A stretch of DNA of 64,000 bases from an uncultured Clostridia bacterium (GCA_934663595.1 CAKUKM010000001.1:22187-86186); one strand, 5' to 3'. Counted from the stretch's first letter, positions 43,646 to 53,593 are shown. The notes: generated from the letters alone by a model not told the origin. Numbers and translations: made by a program.

Positions 43646-44089
43646 CTATTTGTTTTTCCAGTGATTCAGCGTGGGCAGCTTGGCCTCGAGGTAGGCGCGC
43701 ACCTGATCGGCGGGCCAGCTTTCGTTCGCCATGTACTCCGCGCAGAATGCAATCAGAGCCTCCAGATTGGAATAGGCGAACTTCCCATCCGCATAGCACC
43801 ATTTGCAGTATTCCTCGTTGAACGAGCCGTCGGGCTCGCGGCTGAGGGTGGAATCCTCCAGCGGCATGCCGCAGCACTGGCAAATCAGCGTTCGCGGCGC
43901 GCCCAAAAGCGTGTTAATCGATACGTCGAATTCCTTTGAAAGCAGCTTCAGCGTGTCCGTGTTGGGCACCGTTTCGCCGTTTTCCCAGCGCGAGACGGCC
44001 TGACGCGTTACGAATATCCTTTCCGCCAGCGCTTCCTGCGAAAGCCCGCGATCGGTGCGCAGCTTGAGCAGCACATCCTTAATTTCCAT
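43646..44089 (-). CDS. XRE-family HTH regulator fused to a C-terminal zinc-ribbon domain
   Basis: Start MEIKDVLLKLR after GGAGG. LSQEALAERIFVTRQAVSRWENGETVP. CQCCGMPL...YCKWC. Confidence 0.8.
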   Translation of the reverse strand: MEIKDVLLKLRTDRGLSQEALAERIFVTRQAVSRWENGETVPNTDTLKLLSKEFDVSINTLLGAPRTLICQCCGMPLEDSTLSREPDGSFNEEYCKWCYADGKFAYSNLEALIAFCAEYMANESWPADQVRAYLEAKLPTLNHWKNK

Positions 44090-44160
44090 ATATATCGCCT
44101 CCTTATGAATGCATTTTAGCACAAAATCCGCCCCGGGCAAAGCAACGCGCTGTTGCGGGG

Positions 44161-44850
44161 CTACAGAAGCGCGCGGCCCGGCGTTTCATTGGATTCGTAA
44201 ATCGCCTCGGCGGTGTCGATCGTGAATGCAAAGCGCGCGGCCAGCTCGATTTCGCTGCCGCTCATGAGCGCGAGCTCCGGCATCAGAACTGCGCGGAGCG
44301 TTCCGGAAAAGTGCGCGAGCGTCCCTTCCGTTTCCACGGAATCAAACGCGATCGAATAATGCGCGCCATAGGGGTATTCCATGCCCATGTACTGCGTGGC
44401 CCAGGCATAGGTCGAGGCGTTGTCGGTCAGCGTGTACAGAATCACGCCGGAGAGCTCGTCGCCCGCGAGAATGGCGCTTTCGGTGGATACGCTGTCGCCC
44501 GCGCGCACGCCGAGCGGAAAGGTGAGGTCGATTTCATAGACCGCGCCCGCATTCGTTTCCAGATAAAACGCCGCCTGAACCAGATCGGCTTCGACATACG
44601 AATACGCGGGATCGACGTCAAACAGCATCGGAAGCGTCTGTCCGTACAGCTCGGCCGTCATCCATCCGCCCGCGACAAGCGGCTCGGGCGTTACAATCGG
44701 CTCGGCGGGCGCTTCGGTCTCGAGCGGTTCCGCAGATTCCATCGGCGCTTCGGTTTCGGCGGGAAGCAGGAAATCCGGCAAATTGCCTTCGCAGAGGGCG
44801 GGAGAGAGGAAAAGCGCGGCGCAGAGCAGCGCGGCGAGGAATTTCTTCAT
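44161..44850 (-). CDS. secreted hypothetical protein
   Basis: Only the C-terminal 229 aa of the 518-aa track ORF look real. Signal peptide MKKFLAALLCAALFLSPALC. The upstream part of that ORF is antisense to the next gene. Confidence 0.55.
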   Translation of the reverse strand: MKKFLAALLCAALFLSPALCEGNLPDFLLPAETEAPMESAEPLETEAPAEPIVTPEPLVAGGWMTAELYGQTLPMLFDVDPAYSYVEADLVQAAFYLETNAGAVYEIDLTFPLGVRAGDSVSTESAILAGDELSGVILYTLTDNASTYAWATQYMGMEYPYGAHYSIAFDSVETEGTLAHFSGTLRAVLMPELALMSGSEIELAARFAFTIDTAEAIYESNETPGRALL

Positions 44851-45006
44851 AGGGCGTTCGCTCCGTTTCAAAAGGCTGATTTTATTGTAGAGCGAAAGGC
44901 GAAGCTTGTCAAGAATTGACGGAGAATTCCCAATCGCTTGATCAAAAATACATCTTTCGGGTGCTATAATAAGCGCTGAATGAAAATGGCAAAGTGGGGG
45001 AGAAAT

Positions 45007-45546
45007 ATGATTCGTTTGGCGCAGCTGAGAGACGTTCCCGAATTGCTCGCGATTTACGCGCCGTATATTCAGAAAACCTGCATCACCTTTGAATACGAGG
45101 TGCCGACGATCGAGGAATTTACGGAGCGCTTCCAGCGCATTACGGCGAAATATCCGTGGATTGTCTGGGAAGAGGACGGCAAAATCCTCGGCTATGCGTA
45201 TGCCGACGCGGCGTTTTCGCGCGCGGCGTATGCGTGGGATGCGGATCTGTCGATTTATCTGGACATGAACGCGCGGGGGCGCGGCATTGGCGGCAAACTC
45301 TACGACGATCTGGAGGGCCGCCTTGCGCGCATGGGCTATCACACGCTGTATGCGATTATTACCGGCGAGAACGCGGCGAGCGCGCGCTTCCATGAGCGGC
45401 GCGGCTATCGCCTGGAGGGAACGCTGCATCAGACCGGATGGAAGTTCGGCGCGTGGCACGACGTGTTCTGGTATGCCAAGCGCGTGCGCCCGGCGCTGGA
45501 TCCCGGCTCTGCACCGGACGGCAAGGAGCGTGAAGCGCATGAATGA
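45007..45546 (+). CDS. GNAT acetyltransferase, phosphinothricin-acetyltransferase-like
   Basis: MIRLAQLRDVPELLAIYAPYIQKTCITFEYEVPT...RGRGIGGKLY...FHERRGY. Confidence 0.75.
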   Translation: MIRLAQLRDVPELLAIYAPYIQKTCITFEYEVPTIEEFTERFQRITAKYPWIVWEEDGKILGYAYADAAFSRAAYAWDADLSIYLDMNARGRGIGGKLYDDLEGRLARMGYHTLYAIITGENAASARFHERRGYRLEGTLHQTGWKFGAWHDVFWYAKRVRPALDPGSAPDGKEREAHE

Positions 45547-46891
45547 GCTGACCGAACGAAGATTTACCGATCGCCAGCTGCTCGAGCTGCTGCTTCCGCT
45601 GGTGGTGGAGCAGACGCTGGTGATGCTGGTCGGCATGGCGGACACGATCATGGTTTCCAAGCTCGGCGACGCGGCGGTTTCGGGCGTATCGCTGGTGGAC
45701 CAGATCTGCAATGTCATTATCGCGCTGCTGGCGGCGCTGGCGACGGGCGGCGCGGTGGTCGCTTCGCAGATGATCGGCGCGAACCGGCGCGAGGACGCGT
45801 GCCGGGTGTCGAATCAGCTGGTGCTGGTCGTGACCGGCGTGGCGCTGCTGATCATGGTTCCGGTGCTGGTCTTCAAGCGCCAGCTGCTCGGGCTGATGTT
45901 CAATAAGGTCGAAGCCGACGTCATGAACAACGCGCTGACCTACCTGAACATCACGGCGATTTCCTATCCGTTCCTCGCCATTTACAACGCGGGAACGGCG
46001 CTCTATCGGTCGATGAACCGCTCGAAGACGACGATGAAGGTGTCGATGCTGGTCAACATCATCAACATCGGCGGCAACGCGCTGTTTGTATACGGCCTCG
46101 GATCGGGCGTGGAGGGCGTTGCGATACCGACGCTCGTTTCGCGCATGACCGGCGCGGTCTGCATGATGATGCTGCTGCGCGATCCGCATTTGCAGATTCA
46201 CCTGATGCCGCGCGCGTGGAAGCCGAAGGTTTCGATGATGAAGCACATCCTCGGCATCGGCATTCCGAACGGGCTGGAAAACAGCCTGTTTCATCTGGGA
46301 AGACTGCTGGTCGTGGGCGTAATTACCGCGTTCGGCACCGTTCAGATCACCGCAAACGCGGTTGCGAACGTGATGGATTCGGTGGGCGTGCTGCCCGGAC
46401 AGGCGATGAATCTGGCGATCATCACGGTGGTCGGCCAGTGCGTGGGCGCGGGAGACTACCGGGAGGCGCGGTATTACATCAAAAAGCTGCTGATCTGGGC
46501 GTATATCGGCATGGTGATTGTGAATATCCCGCTGCTGAGCGCGCTGCGATGGGTGCTGCCGATCTTCAAGGTCTCCGGTGCGGCGCTGGATCTGGCGTGG
46601 ACGCTGGTCATGATTCACGACGGCGTGGCCGTGCTGCTGTGGCCGCTGGCGTTCGTGCTGCCGAACGCGCTGCGCGCGGCGAGCGACGTGAAATACACGA
46701 TGGTGGTTGCGATTGTGTCGATGGCGCTGTTCCGGATCCTGTTCAGCTATATCCTCGGCCTGTGGATGGGCTGGGGCGCGATCGGCGTGTGGATTGCGAT
46801 GGTGCTCGACTGGATTTGCCGGCTGACCTGCTTCGTGGCGCGCTATCATGGCTCCAAATGGGAGACCAAGGCGCACATTCAGCGCGCGTAA
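45539..46891 (+). CDS. MATE family efflux transporter
   Basis: ATG 45539 overlaps the previous stop by 8 nt. 12 hydrophobic segments with a MATE-like N-terminus (LLELLLPLVVEQTLVMLVGMADTIMVS). Confidence 0.85.
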   Translation: MNELTERRFTDRQLLELLLPLVVEQTLVMLVGMADTIMVSKLGDAAVSGVSLVDQICNVIIALLAALATGGAVVASQMIGANRREDACRVSNQLVLVVTGVALLIMVPVLVFKRQLLGLMFNKVEADVMNNALTYLNITAISYPFLAIYNAGTALYRSMNRSKTTMKVSMLVNIINIGGNALFVYGLGSGVEGVAIPTLVSRMTGAVCMMMLLRDPHLQIHLMPRAWKPKVSMMKHILGIGIPNGLENSLFHLGRLLVVGVITAFGTVQITANAVANVMDSVGVLPGQAMNLAIITVVGQCVGAGDYREARYYIKKLLIWAYIGMVIVNIPLLSALRWVLPIFKVSGAALDLAWTLVMIHDGVAVLLWPLAFVLPNALRAASDVKYTMVVAIVSMALFRILFSYILGLWMGWGAIGVWIAMVLDWICRLTCFVARYHGSKWETKAHIQRA

Positions 46892-46955
46892 ATGTTGACG
46901 AGCGCGCCCGAGGCATAGTATAATACAATCAAACGAAATAAGGGAGGGTTCCTCT

Positions 46956-47672
46956 ATGAGCAATATTCCGACCCCGCATATCAACGCCAAATACGGCGAT
47001 TTCGCCCCCACCGTGCTGATGCCCGGCGATCCGCTGCGCGCGAAGGTGATTGCGGAGCGCTATCTGGAGCATGCGGTGCTGGTCAACAATGTCCGCGGCG
47101 TGCAGGGCTATACCGGCGAATACCATGGCAAGCGCGTGTCCGTCATGGCGTCCGGCATGGGCATGCCGTCGATCGGCATTTATTCGTATGAGCTGTTCAA
47201 TTTCTACGGCGTGGAGAACATCATTCGCGTCGGTTCCGCGGGCGCGATGACTGACAAGCTCCATCTGCGCGATATCGTCGCCGGCATGAGCGCGTATTCC
47301 ACGTCCAATTACGGCTATCAGTTCGGCTTCGATGGCATGCTCGCGCCGTGCTGCTCGTATGATCTGCTCGTGCGCGCGGTCGAGGCGGGCAAAAAGCTCG
47401 GGCAGAACGTGGTTCCCGGCCCGGTTTTCTCCAGCGATGCATTTTATGAGCAGGGCAAGCAGGAAACCGCGAGCGCGAAGCTGATGAAGCTGGGCGTGCT
47501 GTGCGTGGAGATGGAGGCGTATGCGCTGTATCTGAACGCGGCGGCGGCGGGCAAGAACGCGCTGGCGCTTCTGACTATTTCGGACAGCATCGTGACCGGC
47601 GAAGCGCTTCCGGCGGAGGATCGCCAGAACACGTTCACGCGCATGATGGAGATTGCGCTCGAAATCGCATAA
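46956..47672 (+). CDS. deoD: purine nucleoside phosphorylase DeoD-type
   Basis: 238 aa. TPHINAKYGDFA...MPGDPLRA...MASGMGMPS...VEMEAYAL. Confidence 0.9.
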   Translation: MSNIPTPHINAKYGDFAPTVLMPGDPLRAKVIAERYLEHAVLVNNVRGVQGYTGEYHGKRVSVMASGMGMPSIGIYSYELFNFYGVENIIRVGSAGAMTDKLHLRDIVAGMSAYSTSNYGYQFGFDGMLAPCCSYDLLVRAVEAGKKLGQNVVPGPVFSSDAFYEQGKQETASAKLMKLGVLCVEMEAYALYLNAAAAGKNALALLTISDSIVTGEALPAEDRQNTFTRMMEIALEIA

Positions 47673-47708
47673 GCCCCGCGAGAAAGCGCGGCGACCGCAA
47701 AGCATAAC

Positions 47709-47735
47709 CAGCCGCAGCTCATTCAGCTGCGGCTG
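47709..47735 (+). terminator. hairpin after deoD (weak U-tract)
   Basis: CAGCCGCAGCT-loop-AGCTGCGGCTG. Confidence 0.45.
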
Positions 47736-47788
47736 ATGCTGTTTGAAGGATAAACAGAAGCTCAGAGATCATTTCGGGGAGGCGCGGC

Positions 47789-48130
47789 ATGAAGAGAAAA
47801 TATCCGGCGAAGATGTTTTGGCGGTTTGTCTTAGCGGATTTCGTGTTTCATTTTCTGTATCTGTTTCTTCCCGGGATCGTGCTTTGTGTTGTGGGCATTC
47901 GCGTAAGGCCATGCCTGTGGATTGGCCTGATTCTTCTCGGCGCTGATCTGGCGCTTTCCATCGCCGAACAGACGCGCATTCGCAAAGCTGCCGAAGCTCC
48001 CAGCGCGAATCCCGAGTTCAACGAACTGATGGACGCGTTCTGCGGCCCGGGCGGCCTCGACGCCTTTGGAAAAGCCCTGACCGAAAAGGGCAAAGCCCCA
48101 AATCATCCGGATTCCCCGGAAGAAAACTGA
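47789..48130 (+). CDS. hypothetical membrane protein
   Basis: 113 aa with two hydrophobic helices. No family recognised. Confidence 0.45.
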   Translation: MKRKYPAKMFWRFVLADFVFHFLYLFLPGIVLCVVGIRVRPCLWIGLILLGADLALSIAEQTRIRKAAEAPSANPEFNELMDAFCGPGGLDAFGKALTEKGKAPNHPDSPEEN

Positions 48131-48153
48131 TATAAAACGATTCAGGAGGCCTT

Positions 48154-48723
48154 ATGAGAAGCGATATCACCATTCGCCCGGAAACGCATCGCGATTACAG
48201 GGACGTCGTTTCGCTGATTCTGCGCTCGTTCGGCGAGGGCGCGCAGCATTCCGACGGCACGGACGTGGTCGCCCTTGTGGAGGAAATCCGCGATTCGGAG
48301 AATTACATTCCGGAATTGTCCTTTGTCGCCGAGCTGGACGGCAAAATCGTGGGGCATTTCCTGTTTTCGCATTTTCCCATTTCCCCAACGAAGGCCGGCG
48401 GCTGCGCGGCGAAGGATTCGGAAATCGCGATGCTCGCGCCCGTTGCCGTGCATGCCGATTATTTCCGAAAGGGAATCGGCACCGCGATGCTGACGATGGG
48501 CATGGAGGAGGTTCGGCGGCACGGGTTTAAGGGGATTACCGTGGAGGGCGATTACCATTTTTACAATCGGCTGGGCTTTCGCACGTCCTCCGATTACGGC
48601 ATTTTTCCGACGAGCGGCTATCCCATGACGGAGCCGCGCTGCATGATGTGCCGGGAATTGTATCCCGGCGCGCTGGATGGAATCGGTGGGTATATCGTAT
48701 ATGACATGTATTACAACGCCTGA
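48154..48723 (+). CDS. GNAT family N-acetyltransferase
   Basis: 189 aa. ...LAPVAVHADYFRKGIGTAML...YNRLGF. Confidence 0.75.
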   Translation: MRSDITIRPETHRDYRDVVSLILRSFGEGAQHSDGTDVVALVEEIRDSENYIPELSFVAELDGKIVGHFLFSHFPISPTKAGGCAAKDSEIAMLAPVAVHADYFRKGIGTAMLTMGMEEVRRHGFKGITVEGDYHFYNRLGFRTSSDYGIFPTSGYPMTEPRCMMCRELYPGALDGIGGYIVYDMYYNA

Positions 48724-48736
48724 GCCGGATAAAGGT

Positions 48737-49378
48737 ATGTTTCCGGAGGCAATTCGGCAAATCACCGGCGGCCGATCGTTTCGCGCGGATACGATCGGCT
48801 GCAGCGGCGACGAGGTCTATCTGTTTGGAAATGAGCTGATCCTGAAGGTATCGAAGGATCCGGAGCGCCTGAAGCGCGAAAGAGAGCGCACGGATTTTCT
48901 GCGCGCGCAGGGCCTGCCGGGCAGCGAGAGCGTCATCAGCCTCGAAGAGGGTGGCAGGAGCTATTACCTGCGCACGCTGATTCGCTGCGACAGCCTGATC
49001 GCGCCGCGCTTTCTGGAAAATCCCGAGCGGCTGATCGGCGTACTGGCAGATGTGGTCGGCATATTGCGCGGCCTGGACGCAGTTCCCTGCCCGTTTTGCT
49101 CCACGGACAATGCGGGAAATGATTTCGTGCACGGCGACCTGTGCCTGCCGAATGTATATGTGAATGAGCAGGACGAATTCGCGGGATTTATCGATCTGGA
49201 CAATTCCGGGCGCGGCGATCGGTGGTACGATTACGCATGGCTGCTGTGGAGCATGCAATACAATTTAAAGACCGATCGCTATTGCCGGCGGCTGCTGGAC
49301 AGACTGGGAATTCCATTTGAGCGCCGGAAATATGAGCAGTACATTCCGGAAGAATATTGGCCCGCAGGGCAAAACTGA
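48737..49378 (+). CDS. aminoglycoside/choline-kinase-like phosphotransferase (APH family)
   Basis: ...GCSGDEVYLF...ILKVS...VHGDLCLPNVYV...FIDLDNSGRGDRWYDYA. Start ATG 48737 preferred over the overlapping track start at 48677. Confidence 0.75.
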   Translation: MFPEAIRQITGGRSFRADTIGCSGDEVYLFGNELILKVSKDPERLKRERERTDFLRAQGLPGSESVISLEEGGRSYYLRTLIRCDSLIAPRFLENPERLIGVLADVVGILRGLDAVPCPFCSTDNAGNDFVHGDLCLPNVYVNEQDEFAGFIDLDNSGRGDRWYDYAWLLWSMQYNLKTDRYCRRLLDRLGIPFERRKYEQYIPEEYWPAGQN

Positions 49379-49380
49379 AA

Positions 49381-49408
49381 GCGGCGGCGACTCTCTGGAG
49401 CGCCGCCG
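49381..49408. terminator. hairpin between convergent genes
   Basis: CGGCGGCG-11 nt-CGCCGCCG. Confidence 0.45.
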
Positions 49409-49413
49409 GTGCT

Positions 49414-50523
49414 TTATTGGACCGACGCATTCCATTCTTCCGGCAGATGGAAGGGGAAATGCGATTCGATGAAGGCCTTATTCTCCGCATAGTTCTTTTC
49501 GAAATATGCTTCGACGCGATTTTCCAGAATCGCCTCCTCCAGCGGTCGGACAAGCGCATTCAGGCGCTGGAAGGTATCGGCATCCATCGGACGATCGGAT
49601 AGCGGGCTATAGGCAAAGTATGCAAAGTAGCAGTCCATATCCGACGCTTCTTCGGGGAATCCGCCTTCCATATCCGCTTCTCCGAAAAAATCGCCTTCCA
49701 TATCTGCTTCTCCGAAGAATCCGTCTTCCATATTTCCGCTTGTGTGAAAGCGCTCCGCCCGCGCGATGTATTCGGAAGCCCTGGGATCCGTTTCGATATT
49801 CGGCACGTGAAGCCGATCCGAAGAGCAGTTTCTGAAAGCGTCGATCCATTCCAGCGCTTCCTCTTTGCGCCCCAGATACATACATACGCAGCCCGGCGCG
49901 TCGATTCCGCCCCGAATATCCTCGGCGACCAGCATTCGCATTTTTCTCGCGATATCCGCCTTGGAGACGAAATCGCCCGCCGCCCGGGACGCTTCGTATT
50001 TCTTTTTCTCGTAATCGACGTACATCTGATGGGTTGCCGCGGCTTCGTCATAGATTCCCTGCACGTTCGCAATCCGGCGAATCTTTTCATTGATGAAATC
50101 CAAAACGTCGCCGCACAGCCGCAGCGTTTGCGCGTCTGGCCGCCGCTGATAGCGCATGGCGTCGAGCCCCGGGCAATATTGATCCGGCGCGGCAAAATCG
50201 GGATCGCCTGCCAGATAGCGATGAACCGCGTATTCGTCGTTCGCGTTCGTCGGAGTTCGATTGACAGATACCTGCTGTTCGCCGTTCGCCTCATAATCCA
50301 GATTGTCCTGCCTTGCAAAGAGCGGCGAGACGCTGTAGCTGAATTCAATGCGCTGAAGGCTCAGAATGCGCGCGGAAACCTCCGCGAAAAATCCATTTTC
50401 GCACATACAGGCAAAGCTGTGATACTCCGAATGCCGCTGCCCCGGAACGGTGATTTTCTCCTGAATCAGAAGATCCAGCCAGTCCGACTTTTCGTTCGGC
50501 TTGAGTAAACGCGGTTCGCTCAT
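49414..50523 (-). CDS. hypothetical protein with acidic 10-aa repeats
   Basis: Start MSEPRLLKPNEK after AAAGGAGG. The track ORF extension to 50955 overlaps the rnr 3' end. No family recognised. Confidence 0.55.
   Translation of the reverse strand: MSEPRLLKPNEKSDWLDLLIQEKITVPGQRHSEYHSFACMCENGFFAEVSARILSLQRIEFSYSVSPLFARQDNLDYEANGEQQVSVNRTPTNANDEYAVHRYLAGDPDFAAPDQYCPGLDAMRYQRRPDAQTLRLCGDVLDFINEKIRRIANVQGIYDEAAATHQMYVDYEKKKYEASRAAGDFVSKADIARKMRMLVAEDIRGGIDAPGCVCMYLGRKEEALEWIDAFRNCSSDRLHVPNIETDPRASEYIARAERFHTSGNMEDGFFGEADMEGDFFGEADMEGGFPEEASDMDCYFAYFAYSPLSDRPMDADTFQRLNALVRPLEEAILENRVEAYFEKNYAENKAFIESHFPFHLPEEWNASVQ
49634..49738 (-). repeat. in-frame 30-nt tandem repeats (MEGDFFGEAD), about 3.3 copies
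   Basis: CCTTCCATATC(C/T)GCTTCTCCGAA... repeated on the plus strand. Confidence 0.8.
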
Positions 50524-50582
50524 GGGGTGACCTCCTTTTGTATGCGATGTGCGGAAGGCTCGAATCGAGTTTTCCGCGAAAA

Positions 50583-52682
50583 TCAGGCGTTTTTGCGTTG
50601 CGGTGGGAGCAGGACGAATGCGATTTCGGCGCGCTGAACGTCCACCTGCTCCAGACGCACGCGCACGCGGTCGCCCAGACGGAATGCATTGCGCGTGTGT
50701 TCGGCAATCAGCAGCCCGCGATCGCGGTCGAATACGTAGTAATCGTCCAGCGTCGAGATCGGCACCAGCCCCTCGACCGTGTTTTCCAGCGTCACATACA
50801 GTCCCCATCCGGTTACGCCGGACACGATTGCATCGAACGCGCAGCCGACCTTGTCCTGCATGTAGAAAGCCTTCATCAGATCGTCGGCCTCGCGCTCGGC
50901 CAGCACGGATTCCTGCTCGCGCGCCGAGCATTGCCGCGCCGTTTCGGGCATACACGCGCCGGAAACCGGCTGCTTGCGCAGCAGCTTTTTCAAATGGCGA
51001 TGCACCACCAGATCGGGATAGCGGCGAATCGGCGAGGTGAAATGGCAGTAATCCGCCATCGCGAGCGCGTAATGTCCCAGCGGCCGCGCATCGTAGCGCG
51101 CGCGCTGCAGCGACCGAAGCAGCGTGCGCCGAATCGCATCCGAAACCGGGTGATCGCGCGTCGCATCCAGAATGCGCTGCAGCTCGATCGGCTCCGGCTG
51201 CGCGCTTAAATGAAACGGCACGCCCAGCTGCGTCAAAAACGCGCCCAGCGCATGCAGACGGTCGGGATCGGGCGTTTCGTGCACGCGATAGACCAGCGGC
51301 AGCTCGCTTTCCCGCGCCATGCGCGCCACAGCCTCGTTCGCCGCCAGCATGAACGATTCAATCAGCTTCTCCGATTCGCCGCGATCCGCGCAATACAGCT
51401 CCGTCGGGAAATTGTTTTCGTCGAGCGTGAATTCCGCCTCCGGAATGTCCAGATCGAGCGCGCCCAGAGCGCTTCGCCGCGCGCGCATTTGCCGGGCCAG
51501 TTCGCGCATGTCGCTCAGAATTTCGCGCACGGATTCAGGAACCGCGGACGCGTCGCCCTCGAAAAAGCGGTTTACGCCGTCGTAGGTGAGCCGCGCGCAC
51601 GAGCGAATGACCGATTCGCAGGCCCGCGAATGCGTGATTTCGCCGTTTTCGATCGTCAGAAATACGCTCATGGTCAGTCGGTCGCGCCCGGGCAGCAGCG
51701 AGCAAAGCCCGTTGGACAGCGCCTCGGGGAGCATCGGAACGGTCAGTCCCGGCAAATACAGCGACGTTCCGCGCGCAAACGCGTTTTGATCGAGCGCGGA
51801 ACCGGGCCGCACGTAATGCGATACGTCCGCGATGTGCACGCCGAGCACGGCCTTGCCGGCGGAATCGCGCGAAAGCGAAACGGCGTCGTCGAAATCCTTG
51901 GAAAACGCGCCGTCGATGGTGAATATGGGCAGGTTGCGCAGATCCTCGCGGCCGGAAAAATCGGTGGGATCCTCCGGAAAATCGCGATCGTCGGTCTGCG
52001 GCAGAAAGCCGTGCGACTCGGCGATGATTGCAAGCCGTGCGCGCACGTCGCTCTGATCGCCCAGCACGCGCACGATATGTGCAAAAATCGGGCGATCGCC
52101 CTCGGGATAGCGATCGATCGCGAGCAGCGCCAGCGCGTCGTTCTGAACGGGCAGATCGGTGTCCGCAATTTCGATGGGACAGGCGATCCGCCGGTCGCAG
52201 GCCGTGCCGGCCAGTATTTTCTGCGAGGGAAGCTCGCGCCGGCCGCGCCGCGCCCGCTTTGCAACGCGCATTTGCCGATAGCGCACGGACAGAAACGCCG
52301 GCAGCGTTTTAAGGCCGCGCTCCGCAATCGCGATCAGGTCGCATTCCTCGCCGTCCGGGCGAATCAGAAGCGTGTCGCCGGGAAGCGAGCGCAGAAAGCC
52401 GTTCGTGCGCACTCGCATCGGCTCGCCGCCGTCCGTCGGTTCAGCCAGCGGGGTTCCGTTTCGCAGCGCCGTCGCCCGCGCGCGAACGAGGCCGAGCGTT
52501 TCCGGAAGGGCGTATTTGCCCTTTTTGGTCAGCGCCAGATGGCCGGACGCGGCCAGAGAGTTCAGCGCCGATTGCGTATCGCGCATGTCGAGACCGGCGC
52601 GCTCAGCGATTTCAAACGAATCGAGCGCCCTGGTCGATTCGTTCAGCAGATCCAGTATGCGTTTTGAATTGGATTGATTCAT
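50583..52682 (-). CDS. rnr: ribonuclease R
   Basis: 699 aa. N-terminal HTH/cold-shock-like region, RNB core (FTIDGAFSKDFDDAVS...) and a C-terminal S1 domain. Confidence 0.9.
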   Translation of the reverse strand: MNQSNSKRILDLLNESTRALDSFEIAERAGLDMRDTQSALNSLAASGHLALTKKGKYALPETLGLVRARATALRNGTPLAEPTDGGEPMRVRTNGFLRSLPGDTLLIRPDGEECDLIAIAERGLKTLPAFLSVRYRQMRVAKRARRGRRELPSQKILAGTACDRRIACPIEIADTDLPVQNDALALLAIDRYPEGDRPIFAHIVRVLGDQSDVRARLAIIAESHGFLPQTDDRDFPEDPTDFSGREDLRNLPIFTIDGAFSKDFDDAVSLSRDSAGKAVLGVHIADVSHYVRPGSALDQNAFARGTSLYLPGLTVPMLPEALSNGLCSLLPGRDRLTMSVFLTIENGEITHSRACESVIRSCARLTYDGVNRFFEGDASAVPESVREILSDMRELARQMRARRSALGALDLDIPEAEFTLDENNFPTELYCADRGESEKLIESFMLAANEAVARMARESELPLVYRVHETPDPDRLHALGAFLTQLGVPFHLSAQPEPIELQRILDATRDHPVSDAIRRTLLRSLQRARYDARPLGHYALAMADYCHFTSPIRRYPDLVVHRHLKKLLRKQPVSGACMPETARQCSAREQESVLAEREADDLMKAFYMQDKVGCAFDAIVSGVTGWGLYVTLENTVEGLVPISTLDDYYVFDRDRGLLIAEHTRNAFRLGDRVRVRLEQVDVQRAEIAFVLLPPQRKNA

Positions 52683-52751
52683 GAATTCCTTCCTTTGATC
52701 GCATAAATTCGGATGGAACGTTCGTATTTAAAATTGCAATGGCTGATTCTT

Positions 52752-52780
52752 ATTATACATCCCGCGCGCAGATTCGTCAA
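52752..52780 (-). promoter_or_regulatory. promoter for rnr
   Basis: Minus strand: TTGACG, 17 nt, TATAAT. Confidence 0.6.
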
Positions 52781-52815
52781 ATCGACACGCGGTGGCGCAT
52801 AAAATAGGGTCGGGC

Positions 52816-52844
52816 TTGATTTTAATACCCGGTTGTGCTATCAT
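52816..52844 (+). promoter_or_regulatory. promoter for the HEPN-like/CBS and SAS pair
   Basis: TTGATT, 17 nt, TATCAT. Confidence 0.55.
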
Positions 52845-52864
52845 GGATGCAGAGGTGGTAAGGC

Positions 52865-53593
52865 ATGGAAGAACGTCAGCCGACGCGCGCGGAGCGCTTT
52901 TTAAGAAGGTATCGCGTGCTGGAGGGGCTGCTGGAGAAGCGCTACGGCGAGCCGGAGCAGGGTAGCGTCGTGTTTGAATATCTCCGCAGCGACGATTCCG
53001 AGCCCTGCCGCTACGAGCTGAATCTGATTCGCGAAATCCGGAATCTGCTCACGCACAACGCCGTCGAGAGCGGTCAGCCGGTGGTCGAGCCGTCCGAGGG
53101 CGTGCTGCGGTCGCTGGAAAAGGTGATTGCCTACGTCGAAAAGCCGCGCCTCGCCGTGGAATGCGGAACGCCTGCGGAGCGCATCCTCTGCGCGCATCGA
53201 AACGACCGCATCGAGGACGTCATGCATCGCATGCGCCGGCAGGGATTTTCCAATGCGCCGGTGCTGGAAAGGGATCAGATTATCGGCGTATTCAGCGTGG
53301 GCGCGCTGTTTGCATTTTTTGAGGAACGGGGCCTGGAGGCGCTCGACCGCGACGCGCGGATCGGCGATCTGGGAGAACATATCGATATTGCGCGCAGCGG
53401 GCGCGAGAATTACCGCTTTCTGCCGGAAACGACCACGGTGGTCGAGGCGCGCGCGGCGTTTCAGCGCTATCGCGAGCGCAACGATCGCCTTCGCGCGATC
53501 TTTATTACGCCCACGGGCAATTCCGGCGAGCGATTGCTCGCGCTGCTCACGCCGTGGGACGTGATGAAAGACGATCCGCAGAGCGGACGATAA
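52865..53593 (+). CDS. fusion of an N-terminal HEPN-like helical module (R-x4-H) with a CBS pair
   Basis: 242 aa. IREIRNLLTHN (R59-H64). C-terminal CBS-like repeats (IEDVMHRMRRQGFSNAPVLERDQIIGVFS and ...RLRAIFITPTGNSGERLLALLTPWDVM). Confidence 0.6.
   Translation: MEERQPTRAERFLRRYRVLEGLLEKRYGEPEQGSVVFEYLRSDDSEPCRYELNLIREIRNLLTHNAVESGQPVVEPSEGVLRSLEKVIAYVEKPRLAVECGTPAERILCAHRNDRIEDVMHRMRRQGFSNAPVLERDQIIGVFSVGALFAFFEERGLEALDRDARIGDLGEHIDIARSGRENYRFLPETTTVVEARAAFQRYRERNDRLRAIFITPTGNSGERLLALLTPWDVMKDDPQSGR

Noticed and set aside
44851-45717. N-terminal 289 aa of the 518-aa track ORF at 44161-45717.
   Set aside because: This part is antisense to the PAT-like GNAT and to the MATE start. An internal MKKFLAALL signal peptide at 44850 gives a sensible secreted protein.
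50524-50955. N-terminal extension of the hypothetical ORF at 49414-50955.
   Set aside because: It overlaps the 3' end of rnr in another frame and is Arg/Gly-rich. ATG 50523 has a strong AAAGGAGG RBS.
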